A stretch of DNA of 63,328 nucleotides, filler included, from Octopus bimaculoides (Eukaryota): the NCBI RefSeq assembly GCF_001194135.2. It is 5 parts of 5 records of this genome, joined end to end, with 100 filler letters (N's around TTAATTAATTAA, not from the genome) between each part and the next. Parts side by side here need not be neighbours in the genome. Positions count along the whole stretch, not along the records: positions 8,372 to 34,476 come from NC_068997.1; positions 34,577 to 52,135 come from NC_069005.1; 3 more parts are not named here. One strand, given 5' to 3'. Of the stretch, positions 26,101-37,150 are shown in pieces. The stretch's first letter is position 1. Each line of letters starts with the position of its first letter. A program made the translations under genes and the position numbers. The notes beneath the pieces were generated by a model. The model saw nothing but the letters and a program-made list of their open reading frames with translations, ran no database searches and was not told the DNA's origin.

Positions 26101-26684
26101 TTTACGGGCCAAATGAAGAGGAGATGCCCATGGGCTGGTGGAGGGGCGAATGAAGCCGAGTTGAAGCATGTGTTCAAACTCAGCCTTGGCCGTCTTAAGA
26201 CGGTCAGGCGCTAGACGACGTGGGCGTGAAAAAATGGGTGGTCCAGTCGTCTTGATGTAATGGAGGGTGGAATGCACGGGCTTCGCCGGTTTGAAAGTGA
26301 TGTCCACCAGCTCCGGAAAAGACACTAAGAGTGAATGAAAAGCATCCCCAGCAGTGGCAATAAAAAATGCTGGGCTAAGAGGGGAATTGGTAGAGCTCCT
26401 TGCCAGCGTGGAAAGGTATGTCGAGTTGTCGACAAGCCTCCGATGTCGAACATCTACCAACAACTGGAAGTGATTTAAGAAATCCGCACCTAAAATAGGA
26501 TACAGAATGTCAGCTATGACAAAACCCATTGAAAGTCTCTACGAAGACCGATGTCTAAACGTAGAGAAAGCTGACCAAAAGTAGGAATCGGGGACGAGTC
26601 AACGGCGTGCAAAACAATCGCCGAGCGGCGAGGTTTGTCTGAAGTAAGGCGAAGTGGCCAAATGCTACAACAGGAGCCAGTGTC
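23177..26684 (-). pseudogene. Gypsy pol (protease, RT, RNase H, integrase) with frameshifts, an in-frame stop and an N gap
   Basis: Protease DTG and ILGADFL; RT PWASPLHL, DYRRLN, DLVRAYHQIP, MSFGLRNA, FAYVDD; RNase H MDASDSA; integrase HFDLVGPLP, VDRFSHWPEA, TDCGRQFE, YHPASNGMVERFHRQLK, GPLVPPYKGP. Frameshifts near 26530, 25910 and 24295; stop at 23816. Confidence 0.95.
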
Positions 26685-26989
26685 NNNNNNNNNNNNNNNN
26701 NNNNNNNNNNNNNNNNNNNNNNNNNNNNNNNNNNNNNNNNNNNNNNNNNNNNNNNNNNNNNNNNNNNNNNNNNNNNNNNNNNNNNNNNNNNNNNNNNNNN
26801 NNNNNNNNNNNNNNNNNNNNNNNNNNNNNNNNNNNNNNNNNNNNNNNNNNNNNNNNNNNNNNNNNNNNNNNNNNNNNNNNNNNNNNNNNNNNNNNNNNNN
26901 NNNNNNNNNNNNNNNNNNNNNNNNNNNNNNNNNNNNNNNNNNNNNNNNNNNNNNNNNNNAAAGAGGACTGCCGTGGAGAAACTGTGGAG

Positions 26990-27490
26990 GCCTCAACACA
27001 CTGCCAAACAGCGCAAGAAGGGTTACCCGAGTATTCGAGAACTCTATCGGCCATTGTGGCCACTTGGTCCACAGTGTTCGACTCGAATGCCGTCGCTAGA
27101 ATAGTTTTAACGTGTGGCGGCAGACGAGAAAAAAATATCTTGCAAAGAAGTTGGGGCATCTGTTGATTCACCGCTTAACTCCCGTAAATGTGTTAGAAAT
27201 TCCGTGGGAGTTCTGTCACAGAGTTGTTTGTCTGCCATCAGCTCATTGAATCGGCTGGTGGCAGACCTGGTGGTCCTGCATAGGATTTCGGTTTTTACCT
27301 CGTCATACGTGACGTCATCCTTCAGAGATGTGAATAGGTCTTTAGACACTTTTGTAATCGATGGAGGCAGATTGCAATAAAGCAACTTTAACCTCTTAGT
27401 TGGTGAAACATCATAAGCGTCAAAATAAGCCTCCAACTGGGCGAAATAAACATCGGTATCACCGATGAATGTGGGTAAACTATGCGACAT
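26990..27490 (-). pseudogene. Gypsy gag (frameshifted near 27145)
   Basis: MSHSLPTF...YFAQLEAYF...RFNELMADKQLCDRTPTEFLTHLREL, continuing in another frame as KIFFSRLPPHVKTILA...VATMADRV; typical of Gypsy capsid. Confidence 0.85.
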
Positions 27491-29406
27491 ATTCTTATTG
27501 GGTTGACTCCGTCAAGATAGGAAAATGGAATGGAAAGAAACAATGAAAACGAAACCGTATGAGATATTCGAGAGGCCAAAAAAAAAATTTTCACCGCTAA
27601 TGAAAAAGACACAATAGTGTTCATGTTCTTGTTTTGTGTTTTTTTTTGTAATTTACGGTGTGCACAAACAAAAGGAGAGAAAAAAAAGAAAATTCGTAAA
27701 AAATACAATTGTGTTTGCTTTTTTTTTCTTCTTTTTTTTTGTGTGTATGTGTGTACTGAATACAGGGAAAAAAATTATCACCCACCTTTGTCACGCTGAA
27801 AAGGAAATATAACAGAATAAAAGGGCAGAAAATTAAATGTGTGCGAGTTATTAAAGCTGTCCTGCTAGACAGAGTCCGAAGCAACGTCTNNNNNNNNNNT
27901 GCGAGTTATTAAAGCTGTCCTGCTAGACAGAGTCCGAAGCAACGTCTATGGTGAAATATAGCGATTAAGATTAACCACGAAAAACGCACGTGTAGTCGGG
28001 CAGAAAATCACTGATCTGTTGTTAGCCTTATCTCGCTGTCCAAGGCTTCTGTTAAAACATGTGTGACAGGCGACGGCTTGTGTAGTATCGATGTGTTATG
28101 TACTCACTGAAATGTAACTGTGCATTTTACTGCTATTTTCAGCAAGTAGAGGATACTGTGTAAGAATGAATTGNNNNNNNNNNGATGAAATAACCGTGAA
28201 GTTTTTGTGTGAAAAACCACAAAGGTCTTAGCTGTAAAGAAGTCTTTGGTTATAGGCTCTGGAAGTCATTGACAAAATGAAAAACGTTAACGTAGAAAAA
28301 TTTTCTTAGCTTTTCACTTGTAATGGATGAGAATGTAGAGGCAATCCTGAAGTTGAACGTCACGAAGAATACGAATTCAATAGCTGTTGAAAACGAGGTC
28401 TGTAGATCTTTTAGCTCGGGGTACTAATTGTAGTATTATTGGTCGCAGTTCAGATTTTCGGCTGCAGTTGTTCTTTATTCGGGGTCATCAATTATAGGGA
28501 AGTACCGTGTGATGACCAAGAGAAAGTCCTGCAGTTGTGGAATAAGCTGATGCGAGTGATTGTGTGCATTCTCTATCTGTGACGAGCATGTTGNNNNNNN
28601 NNNTCCCGGCTGCAGTTGTTCTTTATTCGGGGTCACCAATTGTAGGGAAGTGGTTATACACCGTTAGTTGTACTCCACTTCCGTACATTAAATTTCTTGA
28701 AGAAACAACGGAACGCAGATTCTGAACAACGCAACAATATTTATTTACAGTGGAATTCGGCTCACGCTTGGAGGGAATTCGGTAGCTCGTTGCCTTCAAT
28801 GAAGTTCGTGGTTATTTGTGAAGCTCTGGTGCTGAGTTGTAAGAGAGCTCTGTGGGACGTCTAGGCTCGACGGAGATCGGTGAACGAAGAGGCTGAAAAA
28901 AGCGTGAAAGCTTGGATGTTGAACTCTACGCATGCGCATGAGACTCTTCCTGTATTTCTTCCGGAACTAGTCCCTGCGCATGCGTGGATAAACTTTCCAG
29001 AAATGTCGTCTGCTATTAAGGCGTCACTACAGTTTCATACAGAATGAGATTTATTTAATTTAAAATATAAGTTAAAAAACAAATTAATTATAAAAAAATA
29101 CATATAAAGCAGTTAAAAACTAAACTTTGAAATGAATCTAATTTATAAGGTCAAGAGGGTAGATTAATATCAAAAAGTTGAAACCAATATTAATTTAATA
29201 AATTAGCATATTAATCAATTAGTGTAAGTGATTATGAATATGCAGATATACAGCTATAATATCCTATCCACATACAAATTAGTAAGATTATGATAATATT
29301 CCAGCTATAGAATCTATGAATGGATAATAATAGTATGATTCAGTGTAAACAAGGAAGGGAGCATAATAAGCAAGTGTGATAAGGAATGGAGCCATTTAAT
29401 TAGGTC

Positions 29407-32160
29407 TGTAGTGACGCCTGGTTCCAGTCGCCATTTTGGGATTTTCATCCACGCATGCACAGGGATTAGAGCCTTCTGGAAGGCCTGCCGGAAGCCCCTT
29501 ATATGCATGCACAGTCATCAGCAGCCGCTAGGCTTGACCGTTATTCTCTCTCTCTGTCTCTTCTGACCAAGACACACGCATCTTGGCCAGCTCCATGTAG
29601 CTGGAATACTGAAGGCGCCACACGACGTTGGCTAACCGGTGAAGAATGCCTTCACATTTGTGATTAAACTGACTCTGTTGCTTCCACACCAAGGCAATCT
29701 GGCTACTGATTCTCCCAAGATGTAATGCTTGTACAGATGAAAAATAAATATTGTTATTTGTTTGGATATTCTTGTTCCACTATTTTCCTTCCATGACTAT
29801 GTAAGGAATTGTGTGGCACTTATCCAGTACCAACCTTGCTTCCTACAATTGGTGACCTCAACGTGATATCCAACACGCAGCTCAATGTTCACATGGAGGT
29901 TTACAAACTGATGACCCCGACATGATCATGAGGTCATGCCCGATGTGATTCCGACACGCAGCCTGACATTCACACAAACATTTACTAAATGATGAACCAG
30001 TGCCAGCTTCATGACCAACCACTCTTTCACCTTTTCGCTACAGTTATTTCATCCTTTATCGTCTATTTTGTCTTACACAAAATGACTGGTGGGGGGCTTT
30101 GTAGCGTACTTCTCTCTCTCTCTCTCTGTTATATATACATGGATGCGGACGTAGTAGATAACAGCTAGCCTTCAGCCACATCTTTGGACCTTGTTGTGTC
30201 CACCACTCTGATTGGTTGGTATTGGTGCATTTTGTCTCTTGTTCTATTTCGCACCAGGGTGCAACCCAACCAATCGCTGCATTCAGATAAGGTCACGTTG
30301 GACAGTCTTTCTGAAGGCGGTGATTGGTTGGGTTGCACCCTGGCGCGAAATAGAACAGGAGACAAAATGCGCCAATACCAACCAATCAGAGTGGTGGACA
30401 CAACAGGGTCCAAAGATGTGGCTGAAGGCTAGCTGTTATCCACTAGGTCCGCATCCATGTATATATAACAGAGAGAGAGAGAGAGAAGTATGCTACAAAG
30501 CCCCCCACCAGTCATGTTGTGCAAGACAAAATAGACGATAAAGGATGAAATAACTGTAGCGAAAAGGTGAAAGAGTGGTTGGTCATAAAGCTGGCACTGG
30601 GTCACCAATTTGTAAGGACTGTGCGATCAGGAGATGGCAATGAGGAAATGGCTCCTTTAGCACATTGCCCTGTCGATACAAATAACAAACATGAAAAGAG
30701 GCTAAATGTATATAAGTGCCAAGAAGGAAAAGAGAGACACAATCGGTAGAAAGTTTAAGAGAAGGTTTTATTGATATGTCAACACGTGTGTCTGTGTGTG
30801 CGAGAAATACAGAGCATAGAAAAGAGTCTATAAGGACGTTGAGAGAAAGTCCAGACGCATGGATGGTAAATACTAGTTCGTAGGTCAAGGTACAAAGTAG
30901 TTAAGCTGCTGTAACAAGAAGTTGTGGCAGTAAGGCGGAGCCAGGAAGAAGGCACATGTGAGAAGGTAAGGCTTCAATGTTGCGGCCGGTTACTTGGTAC
31001 AGGAATTCTCACAGGTTGTACTTGCTGTTAACCATGGTGAAACAATTCACAAACAGTGTTGAGAGAACTTGTGCAAGTGCCGTTGGTGGTGTGTACATAG
31101 AGAAGTTGGTGTAGTCAAGAAGACAATGGTGTTGATGAAGATGGAGTGTCCTGAATGCTGTTGAACGAAGTGTTGGTGTTCTCCATGAAGCTGCTGTCGC
31201 GTCGTCGCTGGAACTGGCTGTGTGTTCTGTGGTCAGTGGCTAGACCTCAGAAGGTCTGGAGCAGACTGACAACCAGGACGGTGTAACAGCTACCTATTTA
31301 TAAAATACCATCGGCTCAAACAGGGGTTCAGAAATACTGTCCCATGCGACCTTATCTGAAGGCAGCGATTGGTTGGGTTGCACCCTGGCGCGAAATGGAA
31401 CAGGAGACAAAATGCGCCAATACCAACCAATCAGAGTGGTGGACACAACAGGGTCCAAAGATGCAGCTGAAGGCTAGCTGTTATCCACTATGTCCACATC
31501 CATGTATATATAAAAGAGGGAGAGAGAGAAGTACGCTACAGAGCCCCCCACCAGTCATTTTGTGCAAGACAAAATAGACGATAAAGGATGAAATAACTGT
31601 AGCGAAAAGGTGAAAGAGCGGTTGTTGCCACATATTGTGGGTGATCGGTAGCCATCTTGTTTCTAGCGCCACTGCAATCTTCCTATTTTCATGCTTCTGC
31701 ACTTGAGGGGAAGCCTTGTAGTGACGCCCGGTTCCAGTCGCCATTTTGGGATTTTCATCCATGCATGCACAGGGATTAGAGCCTTCTGGAAGGCCTGCCG
31801 GAAGCCCCTTATGTGCATTCACAGTCATCAGCAGCCGCTAGGCTTGACCGCTATACTCTCTCTTTGCCTCTGCTTCCAACTGAGACACGCACATCTTGGC
31901 CAGCTCCATGTAGCTGGAATACTGAAGGCGCCACACGACGTTGGCTAACCGGTGAAGAATGCCTTCACATTTGTGATTAAACTGACTCTGTTGCTTCCAC
32001 ACCAAGGCAATCTGGCTACTGATTCTCCCAAGATGTAATGCTTGTACAGATGAAAAATAAATATTGTTATTTGTTTGGATATTCTTGTTCCACTATTTTC
32101 CTTCCATGACTATGTAAGGAATTGTGAGGCATCCATCCAGTGCCAACCTCACTCCCTACA
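29407..32160 (+). mobile_element. Non-autonomous composite LTR element (family A) without coding capacity
   Basis: LTRs at 29407-29847 and 31717-32160 (TGTAGTGACGCC...CCTACA); TSD GGTC (29403-29406 / 32161-32164); PBS at 29850-29867; PPT gaggggaagcct at 31705-31716; no TE protein motifs inside. Confidence 0.92.
30611..31540 (-). mobile_element. Family B LTR (930 bp) with a PPT on one side and a PBS on the other
   Basis: Minus strand: GGTGGGGGGCTC|TGTAGCG...CCTTACA|AAT-TGGTGACCC. Partial copies of its 5' end lie at 30310-30497 (-) and 30100-30297 (+). Confidence 0.85.
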
Positions 32161-33147
32161 GGTCCGATTTGATCTGGTAAATTTATTCCATTTAAATCAT
32201 TTTAAACAGTTAATGTGATTTACATTATTCAACATCATCCTGGTGTATACTATTAGGAAGAACAATATATTGTGCCACTTAAATGAGTCAGAGTAAATAG
32301 TCTCAATATAGAGTAATTTTATAAAAGATTGATTTACATAATTTCTATATCAACTCAAGTATAAAATAGGGTTATAGAACAGATTTATAAGGTCGGAAAG
32401 TTCTACTGACAATGTGAACATTTAATTCTTAATTCCTTGAATTTATTGATAAGGTTGTTCTGACACTGCAAGATTTCATAATTCTCCATGCTACAAATGG
32501 TGTAACTGTAATAAGTGCTTCTGTAAGGCTTGGCATATCTAGTAATATTCCAAGATAATTAATGTGCATTCTCTTCAATTCTCATATTTTAGCTGCTATG
32601 GAAGTCAGTGTAACTTTTAAATGTATACAAGTTGTTATGTAATCTAGATTTAAATTAATTCAAAGTTGCACTTATGCCTATAAAGACATGACTTGCAGTT
32701 GTAACAGTTCATTAATAAAATCATATTTTTAGTTAAACATCTATTACCCAGCAGACATTCATTTAGCCTTTTGAGGTTACACAACCTTTTTGTTCTATGT
32801 AGGAGTTAATATGTGACAGACAAATGGTATTATCAACACTCCTATTGCTAGTATTATTGGCATAGTTTACATTAACATGTATCCCATCAATCGTATTACT
32901 ATAATTTTTACAGCCACTAATACTCGGAAGGTTTGCATTAATACCACTATTGCCATTCACATTACTATCATTACAATCCCCATAACAATAACAACAACAA
33001 TAATAATTAGGATTATCAGGAGGGTTCTAAGCACTTGAAAGACTACTGAAAACTTGTGGATACCTAAGGTTACAGGTAGTAGCCTTCTACCCTCATAAAT
33101 CTTACCAGAAATAAAACTGAACCTGAATCAAACCAAATAATAATAAT

Positions 33148-33514
33148 AACAAGAGCACTCAGAGAGTGAAAACCTCCACCAAGGCAACACCAACGTTCTC
33201 TCAACGATTATCTAGAGATGATTTTTAAAATGAGAATATCTGAAATAAACTTGACTGCTCTCACAAACGAGAATACTAAAAGTGAACCTAACCGTTCTCA
33301 AAAATTACGTAAAAAAACAGGAAAAATAATCCAGAATTCTTGTCCAGTACTGGATCAATCCCAAAATCTAATCAGTTTGTGCTAGTCATGAGGCCAAACA
33401 TTCCTGAAAGCTTCATTCAAATCCATTCAGCGGTTCTTGTAATATCTTGTCCATGGACAAACAAACAAACATGACTGAAAACAATACCTCCACCTTTGCT
33501 AAGGCAGAGGCAAT
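33148..33514. mobile_element. Helentron/DINE-1-like non-autonomous element (HINE-type MITE)
   Basis: Starts aacaagagc; subterminal acctccaccaagg is inverted relative to the 3' hairpin cctccacctttgctaaggcagagg; internal (caaa)n; no ORF. Confidence 0.5.
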
Positions 33515-33528
33515 AATGATAATAATAA

Positions 33529-34076
33529 TGTCTTGGTATAAAAGGTGGGCTACAGCAAATATTCTGCTCAATACCACAGATTTGCTAACATGCCCTGATG
33601 CAGTACTAGACAGTGGCTCGCATGGCTTCTGATCTTAACTAACTGGAAGTATTATCATGTACATTGTTTTGTCTTTGTATAAAAGATGGGCTACAGCAGA
33701 TATTCTGCTCAATATCACAGATTTACTTGCTGGTTATTTGACCTTAACAAGTTGAGCATGTCTTCTGGTAGTTGACGACATGTGCATATCTGATCATGAG
33801 CAGAAGTAGTGGGAAATCATTATAGCCATGTGTTGAGAGGAATTCTTTGGGGTTTGGATATTTCACCTCTGAAAGCATAGGTGTTTTGTTCGGGACTTTT
33901 TGAGTGGGATGGGCTAGTCGACCTGAAGAAAATTCTAACTGGACCCCACCTGCAAGGTCATATGCTGTTTATCTTGATATGAAACCATGTCATGCATATA
34001 TGGTTGTGATGCATGTGCCTGGTATATCGTTATCAGATGGCTAGTCATGATGGGTATACTGGGCTTCGTATATTTT
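33529..34076. repeat. Unclassified interspersed repeat; second copy at 59731-60068
   Basis: 33668-33975 aligns with 59731-60068 at high identity; internal duplication of 33529-33595 at 33668-33728. Confidence 0.7.
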
Positions 34077-34079
34077 GTG

Positions 34080-34476
34080 GTGTATGTGTGCGAGTAGATG
34101 TAATTGGCTTACCTTGGTTTTCCTTCCAAGTACGAGTCTCTCCTGCGGTATCCAATCCTCGCGGCTCGCCCGACCCAAAGAACACTAGAAATAGCAGCTG
34201 CTTCTCCCAACACCTAGATGATTGCTTGGCACATCCCCTCCTCACAACAACCCTGTTCAAAAAAGGCACGAAATCCCACTCAAGGCTCCCTCTGCCCTTC
34301 TTCCTCTTCTGGTCAACTCGCCGTTCCAGTCAGCTCCCCATGCTGACATCATACCACACACCACCCTGATCTTAAAGATCATGTCTGCCCCTACTCCACT
34401 TCGAAGTTCGCCATCCAGCCGGGCGGGCGCCTTACACGTAGAGATCTTCTCAAGCCAGGTGCCTCGTATCCATCGC
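34080..34476 (-). mobile_element. Possible 3' end of another Gypsy-like element, truncated by a scaffold join
   Basis: Minus strand GLRRSLRVRRPPGWMANFEVE* resembles integrase C-terminal RRS.R.R..P tails and is followed by a purine run (ggagtaggggcag) and GC-rich LTR-like sequence. Confidence 0.4.
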
Positions 34477-35484
34477 NNNNNNNNNNNNNNNNNNNNNNNN
34501 NNNNNNNNNNNNNNNNNNNNTTAATTAATTAANNNNNNNNNNNNNNNNNNNNNNNNNNNNNNNNNNNNNNNNNNNNGAGGGGGAGAACGAGGGGAGGAAA
34601 ATAATGAGGATCATGATCATGATACGGATAAGAAAGAGGTGGAGGCGGAGGAAAAAGTTGATGAGGAGGAGGAGGAGGAGGGTAGTAGTGATGATGGTGG
34701 TGGTGGTGAGGGTGATAGTGGTGATGGTGGTGGTGGTGAGGGTGATAGTGGTGATGGTGGTGGTGGTATATGTGTATATAAAAATAATCTCAAGGCATAG
34801 CGATATTAATAACCAATGGTTAGATCTCAATATACATATGCTTTAGAATAATGCGTTAGGCAAGTACACAACGTAATATAAATTATTGAATGAGAAGGGA
34901 ACAGGAGTCATGTGCTCAACTTTATTAGGTTACAGCTGTTTCTGCTATGATTAGCAATAGACTCAGATATGAGTGCTTGTGCAACATTCTAAAGCTTCCT
35001 CGGAGCCATTAAAAAGAAGCAGATTTTTGTTTCGAAAGCATTTAAAATCCATCTAAAACTCTTGTAAACAGAAGCGAAAGATTTGTGTAAATCGTGCGAA
35101 ATGCATGTAACCGGATGAGAAACGTGTAGAAAACATGCAAACATGCATGAAATATGAGTGCAAATGTGTGAAAACCATGTGAACACATTTCAAACGCGTA
35201 AAATATATGTGTGAACTGTTGTACACGGAGTAAAATTTGATCTTTAACTGCCGATGGCCGCACCAAGGAATGGAATGGTTTCTGTTCCTGCTGCTGGTGT
35301 TGTTTCCGCTGCATCTGTTATTGCAGTTGAACGGAAGGTGTTGCACATTCATTTGGTGCATTTTCTCGCAATTATTGCAGCAATCTTTAAGTCAATTAGT
35401 GCACATTGTTGCAGAAATGCACCATATTTCTTCAACAACAATTTCTCACTTAAATAAAATCAACCAACGTAACTTCCGTTCCTA

Positions 35485-35849
35485 ATGCACACACACACGC
35501 ACACACACACGCAAACACACACTTACACACACACTCATACATACGCTCACACGAACAAACGTGCACACACACTTACATACACAAACACACACATACACAC
35601 ACATACAAGCACACGAACAAACATGCACACACACACACACATAAACACACGCATACACACACATACATACACACACACAGACTTACACACGTGCGCGCGC
35701 GCACGTGCGCGCGCGCACACGCGCACACACACGCCCATGGGCATACACACGCACACACACACACACACACACATGCATACGCACACACTTAGGCGCGCAC
35801 ACACACACACACACACATAGAGTGTGTGTGCTTGTTTATTTTGTGTGTT

Positions 35850-35887
<38 letters not shown>

Positions 35888-35895
35888 TGTGTATT
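35485..35895. repeat. Compound (CA)n/(CG)n/(TG)n microsatellite
   Basis: Seen directly. Confidence 0.95.
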
Positions 35896-36975
35896 TATGT
35901 AAATGTACACATCTGTAATTTATAAGTGTATAAATGCATATGTATACACACATATATGTTTGGATATAGTTTTTCTTTTCTCTCTCTCTCTCTCTGTATG
36001 TATATATATATATATATGTATGTATATGCATATGTATATATGTATGTATATACAGATACACACACATGCACACACGAACAGACACACATACATATATCGT
36101 ATATATATCCGTCTTCATCTCGTTCCAACTCCCTTTTCCTCATCTCATTTCTTATATTATCGTTTTGTCCATTATTTCAATATTTCTTTTTTTTTTCCTT
36201 TTCTACTTATATAGTTTCTTCCCTATATAAGCAGAGTAAAACTCTGAGCCGTCGGACAATGTGAGAACGCAACTATTCCTGTCAGCCTGGTGAAATGCCA
36301 CTCCAATGTAATCAACGTCAAATAATGAAATGTTTTACTTGAAATGGCATAAAAACGGAGTGGTTCCAAAACATTGCAACTGATAATAAAGATGAGCTAT
36401 ATTAGTTCTTGCCGGTCTGTATGCATGTATGCATGTATGTATGTATGTATGTTTGTATGTATGTATGTATGTATGTAAGTAAAATCATTAAACAGCATAC
36501 GGTTTTAAATAAGGAAAATATATGCAAAAGTTACATAAAACTTTCCAGGGGCAGGGTTGGCAGTGTGCTACGTAGCTTGCTAATCAACCACATGGTTCCC
36601 GGTTCAGTCCTACTGCGTGGCACCTTGAGCAAGTGTCTTCTACTATAGCCACGAGCTATATATATATATATTGCTCTTCATATTGCATTTAATGTAATGC
36701 TCGCATTACTTAAATAAATTGGAGTAGCATGAAACGTGCGTACTGCAATCACCTTTGAAATCCGTGTTGCTTATTTTTATATATATATATATATACAGAT
36801 GTATGTATCTATGTATGTATGTAAGTATATGTAAGCATGTATGCATATGTATATAGATAGGAGCTAGAATGGCTGTGTAATAAGAATGTTACTCCCTTAC
36901 CACATAGTTCCGTGTTCAGTTCCATTGCGTGACACGTATGTATATTAATTAGTATGTGTATGTATATATAATATA

Positions 36976-37010
<35 letters not shown>

Positions 37011-37074
37011 GAATATATATACATATATAATTAATACACATACATACACGCACACATGCATATATACGTATATA

Positions 37075-37150
<76 letters not shown>

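Larger units (their letters stand above)
22456..29031 (-). mobile_element. Full-length, disrupted Ty3/Gypsy LTR retrotransposon (family C)
   Basis: LTRs at 28641-29031 (5') and 22456-22864 (3'), TG..CA termini, roughly 20 differences by eye; TSD GTTT (22452-22455 / 29032-29035); PBS TGGTGACCCCGA (28638-28627); PPT GAGGGGAGCCA next to the 3' LTR; gag followed by PR-RT-RH-INT. Confidence 0.97.

Noticed and set aside
27841-27947. Direct 48-bp duplication in the Gypsy leader
   Set aside because: Exact copies on either side of a 10-N gap; typical unmerged contig overlap.
33529-34076. rRNA fragment
   Set aside because: No match to conserved 18S/28S motifs I could recall; it behaves as a dispersed repeat.
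34928-34975. Hammerhead-like GAAACAGCUGUA with a perfect stem II (minus strand)
   Set aside because: The CUGANGA core is absent; at most a dead PLE terminal remnant.
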